A stretch of DNA of 64,000 nucleotides from an uncultured Myxococcales bacterium (GCA_964480565.1 CAYZSU010000002.1:3367-67366), one strand, 5' to 3'; shown: positions 1 to 9,420, numbered from the stretch's first letter. The notes: generated by a model from the sequence alone, not told the origin. Numbers and translations are program-made.

Positions 1-1
1 A

Positions 2-820
2 CATACGCCAGAAGGAAAGACCATATTAATTGACACTGGCCCGATGGATAATGCGCATATCATCCAATCCTATCTATATGCGCAAGGCATTCACACATTG
101 GATGCGATATTTATCACACATTATCATGCCGACCACATCGGCGGCCTAAGATCTATTTTAATTGGACCGGATAATACCATGCACACAGACGATGATATGG
201 CGATTACACTTGGCATTATTGATCGCGGCCATGATAGTCGCGCAAATGCACTATCACTGTATTCCACATATGATGACAGTGCCCATGAGTATCGTCATAC
301 CGCTTATAGTGGTGACACCTATACATTTGGCAATATGCTTATCTCAGTAATCGCTGTAAATGGACAGGTTGTTAATAATGATCTACGGATGGATATGGCA
401 TTGGATGAAAATGCCAAAAGCCTTTGCTTACGCATTACTATCAATGATCGCCATATTTTTATTGGCGGCGATATTACAGGTGGCAATGATTTACCGCCTG
501 ATCAAACACTGGACATGGAAACACCCATAAGCATTGAACTTGGTGACATTGATATACTCAAGGTGTCACATCATGGAAGTATCACCAGTACCAATGCCAC
601 ATTTTTAGCCAATACACAGCCAGAGCTGGCTATTATTTCCGCTGGCAATGAAAATGATTATGGCCATCCTCATTTTACAGTCATCGATCGACTGCATGCC
701 AATGACATTGACATCCATGCCACTCAAGCCGGGCATTTATCCGAATTACACCCAGCAACCGTGCATAATGATAATATTCATTTATATATTTCTAGCTCAG
801 GAAATTATTGGATTGAGTAG
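2..820 (+). CDS. MBL-fold metallo-hydrolase, ComEC/Rec2 C-terminal-domain type. It is 5'-truncated by the window edge; the reading frame is open back to nt 2.
   Basis: Motifs HYHADHIGG (HxHxDH), KVSHHGSITS and AIISAGNENDYGHP match the ComEC MBL domain. The in-frame upstream codons encode ...GKTILIDTGP. Stop codon at 818-820. Confidence 0.6.
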   Translation, partial: HTPEGKTILIDTGPMDNAHIIQSYLYAQGIHTLDAIFITHYHADHIGGLRSILIGPDNTMHTDDDMAITLGIIDRGHDSRANALSLYSTYDDSAHEYRHTAYSGDTYTFGNMLISVIAVNGQVVNNDLRMDMALDENAKSLCLRITINDRHIFIGGDITGGNDLPPDQTLDMETPISIELGDIDILKVSHHGSITSTNATFLANTQPELAIISAGNENDYGHPHFTVIDRLHANDIDIHATQAGHLSELHPATVHNDNIHLYISSSGNYWIE

Positions 821-829
821 AGCATCCTA

Positions 830-2227
830 TTAATAAGGATATACGGGTGTCTCATAGGATGAATGGATCACTTCTTTTTGACTATCTTTGGAAGTCGTGT
901 CATTGGGTGTATCTTTTGAATTTTCTTTTAAAGATGGTTTTGTCGTATCACTAGTTTTTGACTTGCTCATTTCTTTTGGCAATGCAGGTTTTTTATCGGG
1001 CGACTCATAGGATGATGCCACGATAGGTTTTTCTTCTGCACGAATTTTTTTGGCCCGAGGCACATGATGCGCACCTGACAAAGGGGGTTGATAATTCTGA
1101 TACCGATATCCAGCTACATTGAAAATAACTCGGCGATTTAATGCCCTGCCTGTTTCAGTGTCATTCGATGCAATGGGATTGGATGCACCATAGGAAATAG
1201 GAGTTAATTTTACATTGGCGCGCACATTCATTTTTTTCATATACTGAATGACAATACGCGCACGATGTTTGGAAATAATCTGATTGGCAGAAAAGCTCCC
1301 CACTGCATCTGCATTTCCACCCACACGAATTTCCTGAATCCACGTATTTTTATTCACTGTATCCACAACTTGAGAAATACCCTCTTTGGCCGCATTGTTT
1401 AAAGACGCACTATTAAATCCAAAGTATACCGGCTGTATGGTTTTAATTTCACCGCCCGATACAACACCTTTGCCTGTTTCTGGACATCCATCCTGGTCGG
1501 CAAAGTTATTAATTGTTTCTTTGATGCGCGGACATTTATCCAAATAATCATTAATGCCATCTGCATCTGTATCTAGTTTAGCCAACTCCATCATGGCCAT
1601 CCACTGTTGATCGCCATAATTATCGCGAAGCACATAAAATTTTGGGCACGATGCACTATCCACGCCATGCACATAGTTATCCGCATTGGCAGGACATTCA
1701 TCTACCATAGAAATAGCCGTCTTTAAATCATAATACTTGGGACATGCCGTATCATGATATTCATGCCGAAAATCAGCCGCATTATCCGGACAGCGCATTT
1801 CCATTTCTGACACGCTTAATGTATAAATCGAATGAATTTCACTCATTGAAAAATTATCGCTTAATTGAAAAACCTTGGGACATGCGGCATCATGGCGCGC
1901 TGGATCAAACTGATTTTCATCCGCTGGGCAGCGTAACACAAGATCCGATAAATCACGCAATTCATAGTATTTTAAGCATGATTCTTCATGAACCGATTTA
2001 TTATAATGATTGGGATCATCCGGACAATTGGTTTTTAAATCCTGCAATTCCACATAATTCATTTGCGGTGAAAATTTTAGCTGACAGGTAAATGCATCGG
2101 CTTGCGCCTTAGTTTTAAATTCATTAGTCATAAATCGATAGGATAATCCCAAATTTCCACGCACTTTTGCGCCCTTCACTCCACAAACCAAACACGTTCC
2201 TGCCCCTGCCACCATGGATAATCCCAA
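830..2227 (-). CDS. OmpA-family protein, C-terminal part. It has Cys-rich and thrombospondin-type-3-like Asp repeats, an OmpA_C peptidoglycan-binding domain and a Lys/Ser/Thr-rich tail. It probably continues from the upstream beta-barrel ORF through a frameshift.
   Basis: Repeats DTDADGINDYLDKCP and DQDGCPE. OmpA_C-like block NSASL...GGNADAVGS...NRRVIF. The frame opens only at 2242, there is no signal peptide, and the N-terminal residues GNLGLSYRF look like a terminal OMP beta-strand. Confidence 0.65.
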   Translation of the reverse strand: MGLSMVAGAGTCLVCGVKGAKVRGNLGLSYRFMTNEFKTKAQADAFTCQLKFSPQMNYVELQDLKTNCPDDPNHYNKSVHEESCLKYYELRDLSDLVLRCPADENQFDPARHDAACPKVFQLSDNFSMSEIHSIYTLSVSEMEMRCPDNAADFRHEYHDTACPKYYDLKTAISMVDECPANADNYVHGVDSASCPKFYVLRDNYGDQQWMAMMELAKLDTDADGINDYLDKCPRIKETINNFADQDGCPETGKGVVSGGEIKTIQPVYFGFNSASLNNAAKEGISQVVDTVNKNTWIQEIRVGGNADAVGSFSANQIISKHRARIVIQYMKKMNVRANVKLTPISYGASNPIASNDTETGRALNRRVIFNVAGYRYQNYQPPLSGAHHVPRAKKIRAEEKPIVASSYESPDKKPALPKEMSKSKTSDTTKPSLKENSKDTPNDTTSKDSQKEVIHSSYETPVYPY

Positions 2228-3182
2228 TTTTTTTATCTGATATCAGAGCCTCTGCTGGCGCTAAATCACGATCTCTAAAAAACTTATCATTAACCGATGT
2301 CATGGCATTCACTTCAGCAGCCACATGCCATGCTTGACTTAACTGTCCTGAAACACCCGCACCCAATGACAATAGATGTTGATAATTGATATTTTGAATA
2401 CTTACTTTTTTGCCTGTACGAAAACCCAGATTCACAGCAATACCCAGTTTAGAATGTGGATAGATATCCAGTGCAGCCTTCATACCACCGGTAATACCTG
2501 CATCACCAGTATAGTGAGTATCGCTACCTGTTGGAACAGTAATAAATGGCATTAATGCCACACCAATGGGTGATTTACATGCGCCTAGCAACTTACTCTT
2601 CAACTCAATGCGCAAATCCCCCACATCAATCTGTGTATTAAGCGATGTAGTTGACCTGTCCAAAGGCGATTTAAATGAATTATATAGTACAAATGGCATA
2701 TCAATGCCCAATTGCAACCACGGCATAATGCCCACCGCAGCGGTTAAATCACTGACCAGTAAATGATCGATTACCCCACGGGCACGAAAGTTACTGCTTT
2801 TTACCTGCATGGGTTTAAATGCATAGGAATGATGCATACCCACTAAAAACTGTTTGGCATACAAACTCTCTGATCCGCTAAGCATGGAATATGATGATGG
2901 ACCAATCACAGGTTGATGGAAAATACCATTAAATGTTTGCGAAGCTGCAAATGCATGGCCATGCATTATTGCAAGCATGCCAAAGGTCAAACAAATGAGA
3001 TTGTTGAAAAGCACCCATCTTCGGTGTTTCCCGCTACACCCGTAATCCTTAACAACTCGCATGGTCGCTCGGCCCACGGATTTACGGGCGCCTTGAATCT
3101 GGGCATTTTTGAATAACCCCACAAATTGTCCATTTTTCAATAGTCCCCAAATGAATAGGATTTTTCGATATGAATATGTCAC
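2124..3182 (-). CDS. Beta-barrel-like N-terminal part of the OmpA-family protein. Its signal-peptide region carries an in-frame MITE insertion; the ancestral start is GTG at 3182 with an AAGAGG Shine-Dalgarno sequence. Alternative internal starts at 3062 (ATG inside the MITE) or 2978.
   Basis: Alternating amphipathic beta-strand pattern (KAALDIYPHSKLGIAVNLGFRTG; LSLGAGVSGQLSQAWHVAAEVNAM). Residues 12-61 are a translation of repeat copy A. The reconstructed pre-insertion N-terminus VTYSYRKILFICLTFGMLAIMHGHAFA|AS is a clean signal peptide. Confidence 0.5.
   Translation of the reverse strand: MTYSYRKILFIWGLLKNGQFVGLFKNAQIQGARKSVGRATMRVVKDYGCSGKHRRWVLFNNLICLTFGMLAIMHGHAFAASQTFNGIFHQPVIGPSSYSMLSGSESLYAKQFLVGMHHSYAFKPMQVKSSNFRARGVIDHLLVSDLTAAVGIMPWLQLGIDMPFVLYNSFKSPLDRSTTSLNTQIDVGDLRIELKSKLLGACKSPIGVALMPFITVPTGSDTHYTGDAGITGGMKAALDIYPHSKLGIAVNLGFRTGKKVSIQNINYQHLLSLGAGVSGQLSQAWHVAAEVNAMTSVNDKFFRDRDLAPAEALISDKKIGIIHGGRGRNVFGLWSEGRKSAWKFGIILSIYD
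2999..3147 (+). mobile_element. MITE-like dispersed repeat, copy A (core type 1). Flanked by a direct duplication CAAATGA (2992-2998 and 3148-3154).
   Basis: Shares GATTGTTGAAAAG-CACCCATCTTCGGTGTTTCCCGCTACACCCG...TCTGGGCATTTTTGAA...CAATAGTCCC with copies at 27861, 31693 and 32744. Termini are inverted; flanks are target-site-duplication-like. Confidence 0.8.
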
Positions 3183-3250
3183 TCAAACCTCTTACTTAAG
3201 GAAAACATATTTTTTTTATCAAATTCACGATTGAAAGACAAGGAATTGCC

Positions 3251-4885
3251 CTAATCTTTCTTTTGATGCATTGATTTCAACTTACCTATTTTCTGCTGAA
3301 TAGTGACGATATGGGTTTTAGCGCTTTTTGTCCTAGATACAATATTTAAAATAGCATCCTTATAATAACGAAGCGCTTCGGAATACTCTTTTTGATGCGC
3401 ATATACATCACCCAAATGATCCAGCACAGCTGCAGACTGCGGTGATAATTGATGTGCTTTTTTCAAATAAACCAATGCCCGCACATAATCGCCCATTTTA
3501 AAATACACCCATCCCAATGAATCGACTATAAAACTATTATTTGGCCGAATCACCATTGCTTTTTTGATCATGGCCAAAGCCTTTTCCAAATGAATATCAT
3601 GTTCCGCATATAAATATCCTACAAAATTCAATGCATCCGCATTATTGGGATTTAATACAAGTACCTGCTGCATCGTTTGCAACGCATTTTCAGATTGATC
3701 GTTTTTTTCATATAACACTGCAAGAAGAACAGCTAAGCGCTCATTGTTAGGTAATTGTTTGCGGCCATTTTTTAATATACCAATACCCTTTTGAAGTTGA
3801 CCACGCCCTTCAAGCAATGCGGATAATAATTCATAGTAATCCACAATATTGGGCTGATTTGCAATGGCGTCATTGAGTGCATCAATGGCCTTTTGAGTTT
3901 GTTTGCTATTTTGATACAAGCTCGCTAAATGCAATCTAGCATCCCTATAAAAACTCGATTGATGCGATATCACCTTCATATGCATAATAGCGTGATCAAT
4001 ATCCTTTCGATTCTCATACAATAAACCCAAGTAAAATCGAATTTTATCCGCTTCCGGATGATCGATTAAAATCGCTTCAAATACCTTTGTGGCATGATCA
4101 TATTGTTTGAGTTCATAATGAATTAATGCCATCCGCAACATGGCCGACAGATTGTCGGGCTCTGATTCCGTTATTATTTTATAGTATGTTAACGCTTTTT
4201 CATATTCTTTATCATGCAGATATATAGTGGCGAGTGCAATTAATGCATTTTTATTTTGTGAATCTACACGCAAAGCTTCTTGATATGCATGCATTGCCAT
4301 GGTTATTTTCTTATCAATCTTCTCATATATATTTCCTAAAAGCACCCAGCCTGCGACATAATCCGGATACTCATTTAAGAGTTGCTTCAATATACGTACT
4401 GCTATTTTATGCTGCCCTAAGTACACATGGGATTGAATTAAAAAAACCGTGGCTTCATGATGATTTGAATTTTTTTTCAAAAATGAGTTAAATATATCAA
4501 TGGCTTTTTTATGTTGATTGGTAGCTGCAAATAACTTCCCTAGCAGCAATATCGCGGGTTTAAGCGATTCATCCAAACCAATCGCATGCTGGCAGGATTC
4601 AATAGCAGCATAGTGTTTTTTAGAAATTGCATCATTTAATGCAGACATATAATAAAAATATGCGGTATTTGGATGTGCATCGATCAAGTCCAATATGATT
4701 TTTTTTGCCTGATTGGATTGCCCACTTTGGCTGAGCAAATCAGCGTGAAGCAACTGATAATAAGGCATTTCATCGGATTCTCTTATCACAGGCCGCGCAT
4801 TTTTTTTACCTGCACAAGATATCATAATTGACATCAGACAGATAGCCATACCCCTAATATGCCATAATTTAAAAAACTGTCTCAT
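3251..4885 (-). CDS. TPR-repeat lipoprotein
   Basis: Multiple 34-aa TPR-like repeats. N-terminus MRQFFKLWHIRGMAICLMSIMISCAGKK has a lipobox (MISC). ATG at 4885 verified (plus-strand cat at 4883-4885). The longer ORF, back to 5014, would overlap tlyA. Confidence 0.6.
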   Translation of the reverse strand: MRQFFKLWHIRGMAICLMSIMISCAGKKNARPVIRESDEMPYYQLLHADLLSQSGQSNQAKKIILDLIDAHPNTAYFYYMSALNDAISKKHYAAIESCQHAIGLDESLKPAILLLGKLFAATNQHKKAIDIFNSFLKKNSNHHEATVFLIQSHVYLGQHKIAVRILKQLLNEYPDYVAGWVLLGNIYEKIDKKITMAMHAYQEALRVDSQNKNALIALATIYLHDKEYEKALTYYKIITESEPDNLSAMLRMALIHYELKQYDHATKVFEAILIDHPEADKIRFYLGLLYENRKDIDHAIMHMKVISHQSSFYRDARLHLASLYQNSKQTQKAIDALNDAIANQPNIVDYYELLSALLEGRGQLQKGIGILKNGRKQLPNNERLAVLLAVLYEKNDQSENALQTMQQVLVLNPNNADALNFVGYLYAEHDIHLEKALAMIKKAMVIRPNNSFIVDSLGWVYFKMGDYVRALVYLKKAHQLSPQSAAVLDHLGDVYAHQKEYSEALRYYKDAILNIVSRTKSAKTHIVTIQQKIGKLKSMHQKKD

Positions 4886-4889
4886 ACCT

Positions 4890-5681
4890 TTAACTTTCAT
4901 TTGTTGAAATTGTATCGGACACAATATCAAATGCAATGAGGTATTCTTTATTCCCTTTAGATCCACAAATAGGTGATTTTGAAACACCTTTACAAATCCA
5001 ATGACATTGCTCACCTTGTTTTTTTATCGATTCAATCACTCGCTGATGCACTGACAAATCACGCACTATACCTTTTTTGCCGATAAATTGACGACCTGCT
5101 TCAAATTGTGGTTTAATTAAGGCAATGAGTTGACAAGGCTTGGTAATAAAGCGCGCTATTTCTGGAAATATATGTGCCAAGGAAATAAAAGACACATCAA
5201 TCACAAATAAATCAATTGGATCCGTCAGTGATTGAACATTTAAATCACGAATATCTGTTTTTTCCATGGATATAATACGTGAATCACTACGCAAACTATC
5301 GGCCAATTGATCACGGCCAACATCAATGGCAATCACTTTTTGCGCATGATGTTGAACTAAGCAATCGCTAAAACCACCCGTTGATGCACCAATATCCATG
5401 CATATAAAACTTTTCGGATTAATTTTAAAAAAATCAAGCGCATGCGCGAGTTTTATTCCAGCACGGCCTACATAGGGATGATCACTACCTTGTATTGTAA
5501 TTAGCGCATCATGGGATACCGCATAACTGGGTTTTGTAATACATTGATTGTCAACAAATACACATTCCGATTGAATCAACGATTTTGCCCGCTGGCGCGA
5601 CAATGCCAATTTTTTAGCAACCAACATATTATCAATACGTTCTTTATAATTGGATTGTGCCATGGCATTCAGATCAATCAA
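4890..5681 (-). CDS. tlyA: TlyA-family rRNA 2'-O-methyltransferase (hemolysin A)
   Basis: N-terminal S4-like domain plus FtsJ-like methyltransferase block GRAGIKLAHALDFF...CMDIGASTGGFSDCL...VIAIDVG. Confidence 0.8.
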   Translation of the reverse strand: MIDLNAMAQSNYKERIDNMLVAKKLALSRQRAKSLIQSECVFVDNQCITKPSYAVSHDALITIQGSDHPYVGRAGIKLAHALDFFKINPKSFICMDIGASTGGFSDCLVQHHAQKVIAIDVGRDQLADSLRSDSRIISMEKTDIRDLNVQSLTDPIDLFVIDVSFISLAHIFPEIARFITKPCQLIALIKPQFEAGRQFIGKKGIVRDLSVHQRVIESIKKQGEQCHWICKGVSKSPICGSKGNKEYLIAFDIVSDTISTNES

Positions 5682-6539
5682 TTATAATGCATTTAGGATT
5701 TCTTGCCGCTTCTTTGCATATTCTTTATCTGAAATTAGTTTTTTATCGTGAAGCGATTTCAACTGAAGCAAGCGCATTTCTATATTTTTTGTAGATGCCA
5801 TATCACTCGTATCTGCCTGAGAACTAGCAATCACTTGTGTATGCGGTTTTACCTTCGCATCATCAGTACCTGGTGTAAATTCAGGTAAAATATCCGTAGA
5901 AGGTGGTACTGGCTGCACACTGCCACGCATTGCATAACCCTCATAGGGATGGTCCAACTTAAAAACCACTTCTCGATTGCTAGCCCCTAAAGACTGCCCA
6001 GGGGAAAGTTCTAGCTGTACGCGAAGTCCACGCGCACGATTCATGGCACCTCGTTCTGTTCCACGACGATCCGTATCGCCACTGATTTTGGCAAATAATT
6101 TACGAAACTCCATGTGCAACTCATTATCGCTAATCCAACATTTGACAATATGCACATAATCATTACGCACAATAAATCGCGGATTTTTGGATAAATAGGA
6201 AAAATTAATTTCTTCCAATGAATTGGCTTGCTCAAAAGCAGTAATAATAGCAGGTGCTAAATAATCAATCGCCGCATCATTAAAAATTTGCTGTGTATGT
6301 ACTTTACGCTTAACTAAAAATGATTTGGACAGCTTTAGTGATTTTAATGCCGCACGCACACCCATTTCATTTAATGTTACTGGATGCGTCATATGCCTAG
6401 AGGTGGATACAGATGGTTTGACTTCACGAAGCTTTACCGCATTAAATCGCCCATCATTAACAATATAAGTGGTTTTAGCGGCTAAGGCAACCATGGGCAT
6501 GCACATAGATATTATCATTATATAGATCAATTGTTTCAT
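5682..6539 (-). CDS. Secreted hypothetical protein with C-terminal SHOCT-like motif. Abuts tlyA and is probably co-transcribed with it.
   Basis: Signal peptide MKQLIYIMIISMCMPMVALA. C-terminus LKSLHDKKLISDKEYAKKRQEIL is SHOCT-like. GGAGG Shine-Dalgarno sequence 5 nt upstream of the ATG at 6539. Confidence 0.5.
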   Translation of the reverse strand: MKQLIYIMIISMCMPMVALAAKTTYIVNDGRFNAVKLREVKPSVSTSRHMTHPVTLNEMGVRAALKSLKLSKSFLVKRKVHTQQIFNDAAIDYLAPAIITAFEQANSLEEINFSYLSKNPRFIVRNDYVHIVKCWISDNELHMEFRKLFAKISGDTDRRGTERGAMNRARGLRVQLELSPGQSLGASNREVVFKLDHPYEGYAMRGSVQPVPPSTDILPEFTPGTDDAKVKPHTQVIASSQADTSDMASTKNIEMRLLQLKSLHDKKLISDKEYAKKRQEILNAL

Positions 6540-6776
6540 TATTTCCTCCAATGGCCATGGGATTTATATCAGAAATACACGCTTGTCCATAAAAATGCTA
6601 GTTTGCCCCAGGACTTTTCGCATTTAAAATTATTACAAAAAACAGCTATTGTGAGGTTTTTGATTGGACAATTGAAATGCATATTTTCTATTTTTAGGAG
6701 ATTTTCGTTGATACTTCCATCGGTAAAAATCGGCAGAGCCTCCCCATCTAACTCACTTTGTTCGCTCAAATCGAGA

Positions 6777-7136
6777 TTATTTTTGAACAAATAATGCTTC
6801 AAACATGGGATCTACCTCTGCAGCATTGACAATTTGATTAGCGATCTTTAGAGCCATAGCCTCGTCAACAATATCAAATGAATCGCCGATAATCTCCCAA
6901 ACACGCTTTGTAATCGCTTGTTTAAGCTTTTCACGCCGCAATGTCCCCTGATTACCCCCCTTGGTCAGTTCATTCAACCATGCCGCACGATCTGCAAGCA
7001 CATGATTGGGCACATCAATGGATGGTGTTTTTTGTACTATTTTTTCCTTTTGATGTTTATCTGTCTCAATGCTGCCTTGTTGCAAGGCTTCCACAGATAC
7101 TTTATCCGCTAGATATTTAATTAAATCTGCTACCAT
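6777..7136 (-). CDS. Hypothetical protein
   Basis: ORF with GGGAGGAG Shine-Dalgarno sequence upstream of the ATG at 7136/7142. No recognisable domain. Confidence 0.35.
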   Translation of the reverse strand: MVADLIKYLADKVSVEALQQGSIETDKHQKEKIVQKTPSIDVPNHVLADRAAWLNELTKGGNQGTLRREKLKQAITKRVWEIIGDSFDIVDEAMALKIANQIVNAAEVDPMFEALFVQK

Positions 7137-7228
7137 AGTCATCTCCTCCCAAAGTATTACTATGCAGTTGTTACTTATTATTGTTATCGCACTTTTCAAC
7201 CAAAAAGTTGCTAATTTTTTTAATTATT

Positions 7229-7258
7229 TTAAAAAAAAGAGCGATTTATATCGCTCTT
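7229..7258 (-). terminator. Rho-independent terminator downstream of mltD
   Basis: Perfect hairpin AAGAGCGAT-ttata-TCGCTCTT (7237-7258), followed on the minus strand by T8 (7229-7236). Confidence 0.6.
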
Positions 7259-7287
7259 TTAAATCAAAACAAGGGTAATACTTATGT

Positions 7288-9420
7288 TTATGGTGTTATC
7301 TGTAATGTCGTTCCCGGCGTTACTTTGGATGGATCATGCAGTTTATTCCATTTTTGTAATTGCGCAATGCTCACATTATGTTTTCTCGCAATATTCCATA
7401 ATGTATCACCTGCTCGCACTTGATAATACATATTTTGCTCTACCTTATCCGCATCTGCGACCAGTTGATCACGCACAGATGCCAGCTCTAAAGCAGATGA
7501 TTGCTTACCACGGATACGAAGGGACTTGCCTGCACGAACGGATTTGGCATGCCGAATATTATTCCAGACCATCAACTGTTTGATACTCACATTATGCCGA
7601 TTGGCAATACCGCCCAAGGTTTCTCCAGGCTTGACTGTATACTGATAGGATTTAGTTGCAGATATTGTTGATGAGGATATATTATTATCCGCCATGCGCA
7701 CTGATGAACGGCTACTGCGTTGACCGCTCCCCTGTCGTCCCACTTGCTCACCATAGATACGAAGGGACTTGCCTGCACGAACAGATTTTGCATTCCGAAT
7801 ATTATTCCATGCCATCAGCTGTTTAATACTCACATTATGTCGGTTGGCAATACCACCCAATGTCTCTCCAGATTTAATTGTATATTTATAGGACTTACTC
7901 GTATTTCTTTTAGAATTAGCCGTATTCTTTGCAATTGATAGTTGTGGACGAATTTTTATTTTCTGCCCTGCCCGAATGCGTTTTGGATTTTTAATATTAT
8001 TCCATGTCATAATATCCGCGCTAGTCACATGGTACTTTTTAGCAAGGCCTGACAATGTATCCCCGGATTTTAATATATGTATTTTAGACTTTGCTTTGGA
8101 TGATGTATTTGTAGCTATACGCGATGATGAATATATTTTTAATTTCTGGCCCAATCGTACTGTATTTCGTTTATTCAATTTATTCCATTTTTGTAAATTC
8201 GTTAATGAGACATGATATTTCCTGGCAATATGCCCAGCAGTCTCCCCCTTTTTTACACGATGATATACGGCTTGCTGACGTTTGGAAGTGCGCGACCGGC
8301 CATGCGATGCAACCGATGATGGCATTTTCCCATTTAGAGGTATAATTAGTTTTTTTCCCAACTTTAAATGACGATAATTTCGAATGTGGTTGGCACGTGC
8401 AATGGTCTTTACTCCTACATTATATTTTCTAGCAATACCTGATAGTGTATCCCCACGTTTGACACGGTGGTACGCCATGCGAATACGCTTGGACTTAGGC
8501 AATTTGGCATATTTTTGATTAAAAATAGCCGCTGTCCCTTTGGGCAAACGCACTTTATAATTACGCACTGGTGGTGTAATTTTACGATATAAATGCGGGT
8601 TTAGAATAAGAATGTTTTTATTTGTACTACCTGTTAAGTCTGCAATCACACTTAAATCAGTCTGAGTACCCACCATACTCACATCATAATCAAAGGGTGC
8701 TGCATAGTTGATATTTGTAAATCCAAATTTTTCAGGCATTTTTGCAATAATTGCTGCCGCTATATACTTTGGCACATAATTACGGGTTTCCGCACGAAGT
8801 GCACGCTTATGCGCTGCCCACGTCCAAAAATCTTTCACACCTGTCATTTTATATGCTTTGTTAATGCGACCAGGCCCTGCATTATATCCCACCATCGCCA
8901 CATACCAATCGCCATGCTTATCATATAAATCACGGAAAAATCTGGCAGCCGCACGTGTAGACTTATACACGTCTCGGCGTTCATCCACCCAATGACCCAC
9001 TTTTAAATCATAAATACGTGCAGTAGATGCAATAAATTGCCAAAAACCAACTGCGCTCGCATGTGAATAGGCCTGTGAATTGAACCCACTTTCAATCATA
9101 GCAATATATACTAAATCCAGAGGTAATCCTTCTTCTTTTAATATGCTGCGCATAATTGATATATATCGACCTGAACGTTCTAAATATCGTTGAAATGATT
9201 TTCGACCTGGACCTTGGAAATACTCTAACCACGCCACCACACGCTCATTAATAGTAATAGGCATATCAAATTTTGGCAAATATTTTAGATTATGTTCTTT
9301 AATATAACGATGTGAATACTTGGATGATCGTACTTTTGGCGTTTTCAAACAGGAAATACTTCCAACCGCGTAAATAACAACTAGAATGATCAAGAGTGCA
9401 TATCGAAAAGAATGTCGCAT
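7288..9420 (-). CDS. mltD: Membrane-bound lytic murein transglycosylase D-like lipoprotein (SLT domain plus five or six LysM repeats)
   Basis: SLT catalytic region ...ESGFN...VGFWQF.... Repeated LysM modules (YxVKxGDTLxxIAxKYxV...WN). Lipobox GSISC. Start at 9420, so that the ftsZ terminator hairpin (9445-9486) lies upstream of the CDS. Confidence 0.8.
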   Translation of the reverse strand: MRHSFRYALLIILVVIYAVGSISCLKTPKVRSSKYSHRYIKEHNLKYLPKFDMPITINERVVAWLEYFQGPGRKSFQRYLERSGRYISIMRSILKEEGLPLDLVYIAMIESGFNSQAYSHASAVGFWQFIASTARIYDLKVGHWVDERRDVYKSTRAAARFFRDLYDKHGDWYVAMVGYNAGPGRINKAYKMTGVKDFWTWAAHKRALRAETRNYVPKYIAAAIIAKMPEKFGFTNINYAAPFDYDVSMVGTQTDLSVIADLTGSTNKNILILNPHLYRKITPPVRNYKVRLPKGTAAIFNQKYAKLPKSKRIRMAYHRVKRGDTLSGIARKYNVGVKTIARANHIRNYRHLKLGKKLIIPLNGKMPSSVASHGRSRTSKRQQAVYHRVKKGETAGHIARKYHVSLTNLQKWNKLNKRNTVRLGQKLKIYSSSRIATNTSSKAKSKIHILKSGDTLSGLAKKYHVTSADIMTWNNIKNPKRIRAGQKIKIRPQLSIAKNTANSKRNTSKSYKYTIKSGETLGGIANRHNVSIKQLMAWNNIRNAKSVRAGKSLRIYGEQVGRQGSGQRSSRSSVRMADNNISSSTISATKSYQYTVKPGETLGGIANRHNVSIKQLMVWNNIRHAKSVRAGKSLRIRGKQSSALELASVRDQLVADADKVEQNMYYQVRAGDTLWNIARKHNVSIAQLQKWNKLHDPSKVTPGTTLQITP

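Noticed and set aside
1161-1343. Numerous 60-115 aa ORFs on the opposite strand inside long genes (e.g. 1161-1343, 1744-2091, 4234-4491, 19018-19227)
   Set aside because: They are embedded antisense in well-supported conserved genes and have no motifs or Shine-Dalgarno sequences. Typical six-frame noise.
6531-6802. Small ORFs of 87 aa (+) and 77 aa (-) in the spacer between the SHOCT-protein gene and the 6777-7136 gene
   Set aside because: No Shine-Dalgarno sequence and no recognisable motifs. They overlap promoter/UTR sequence of real genes. Likely spurious.
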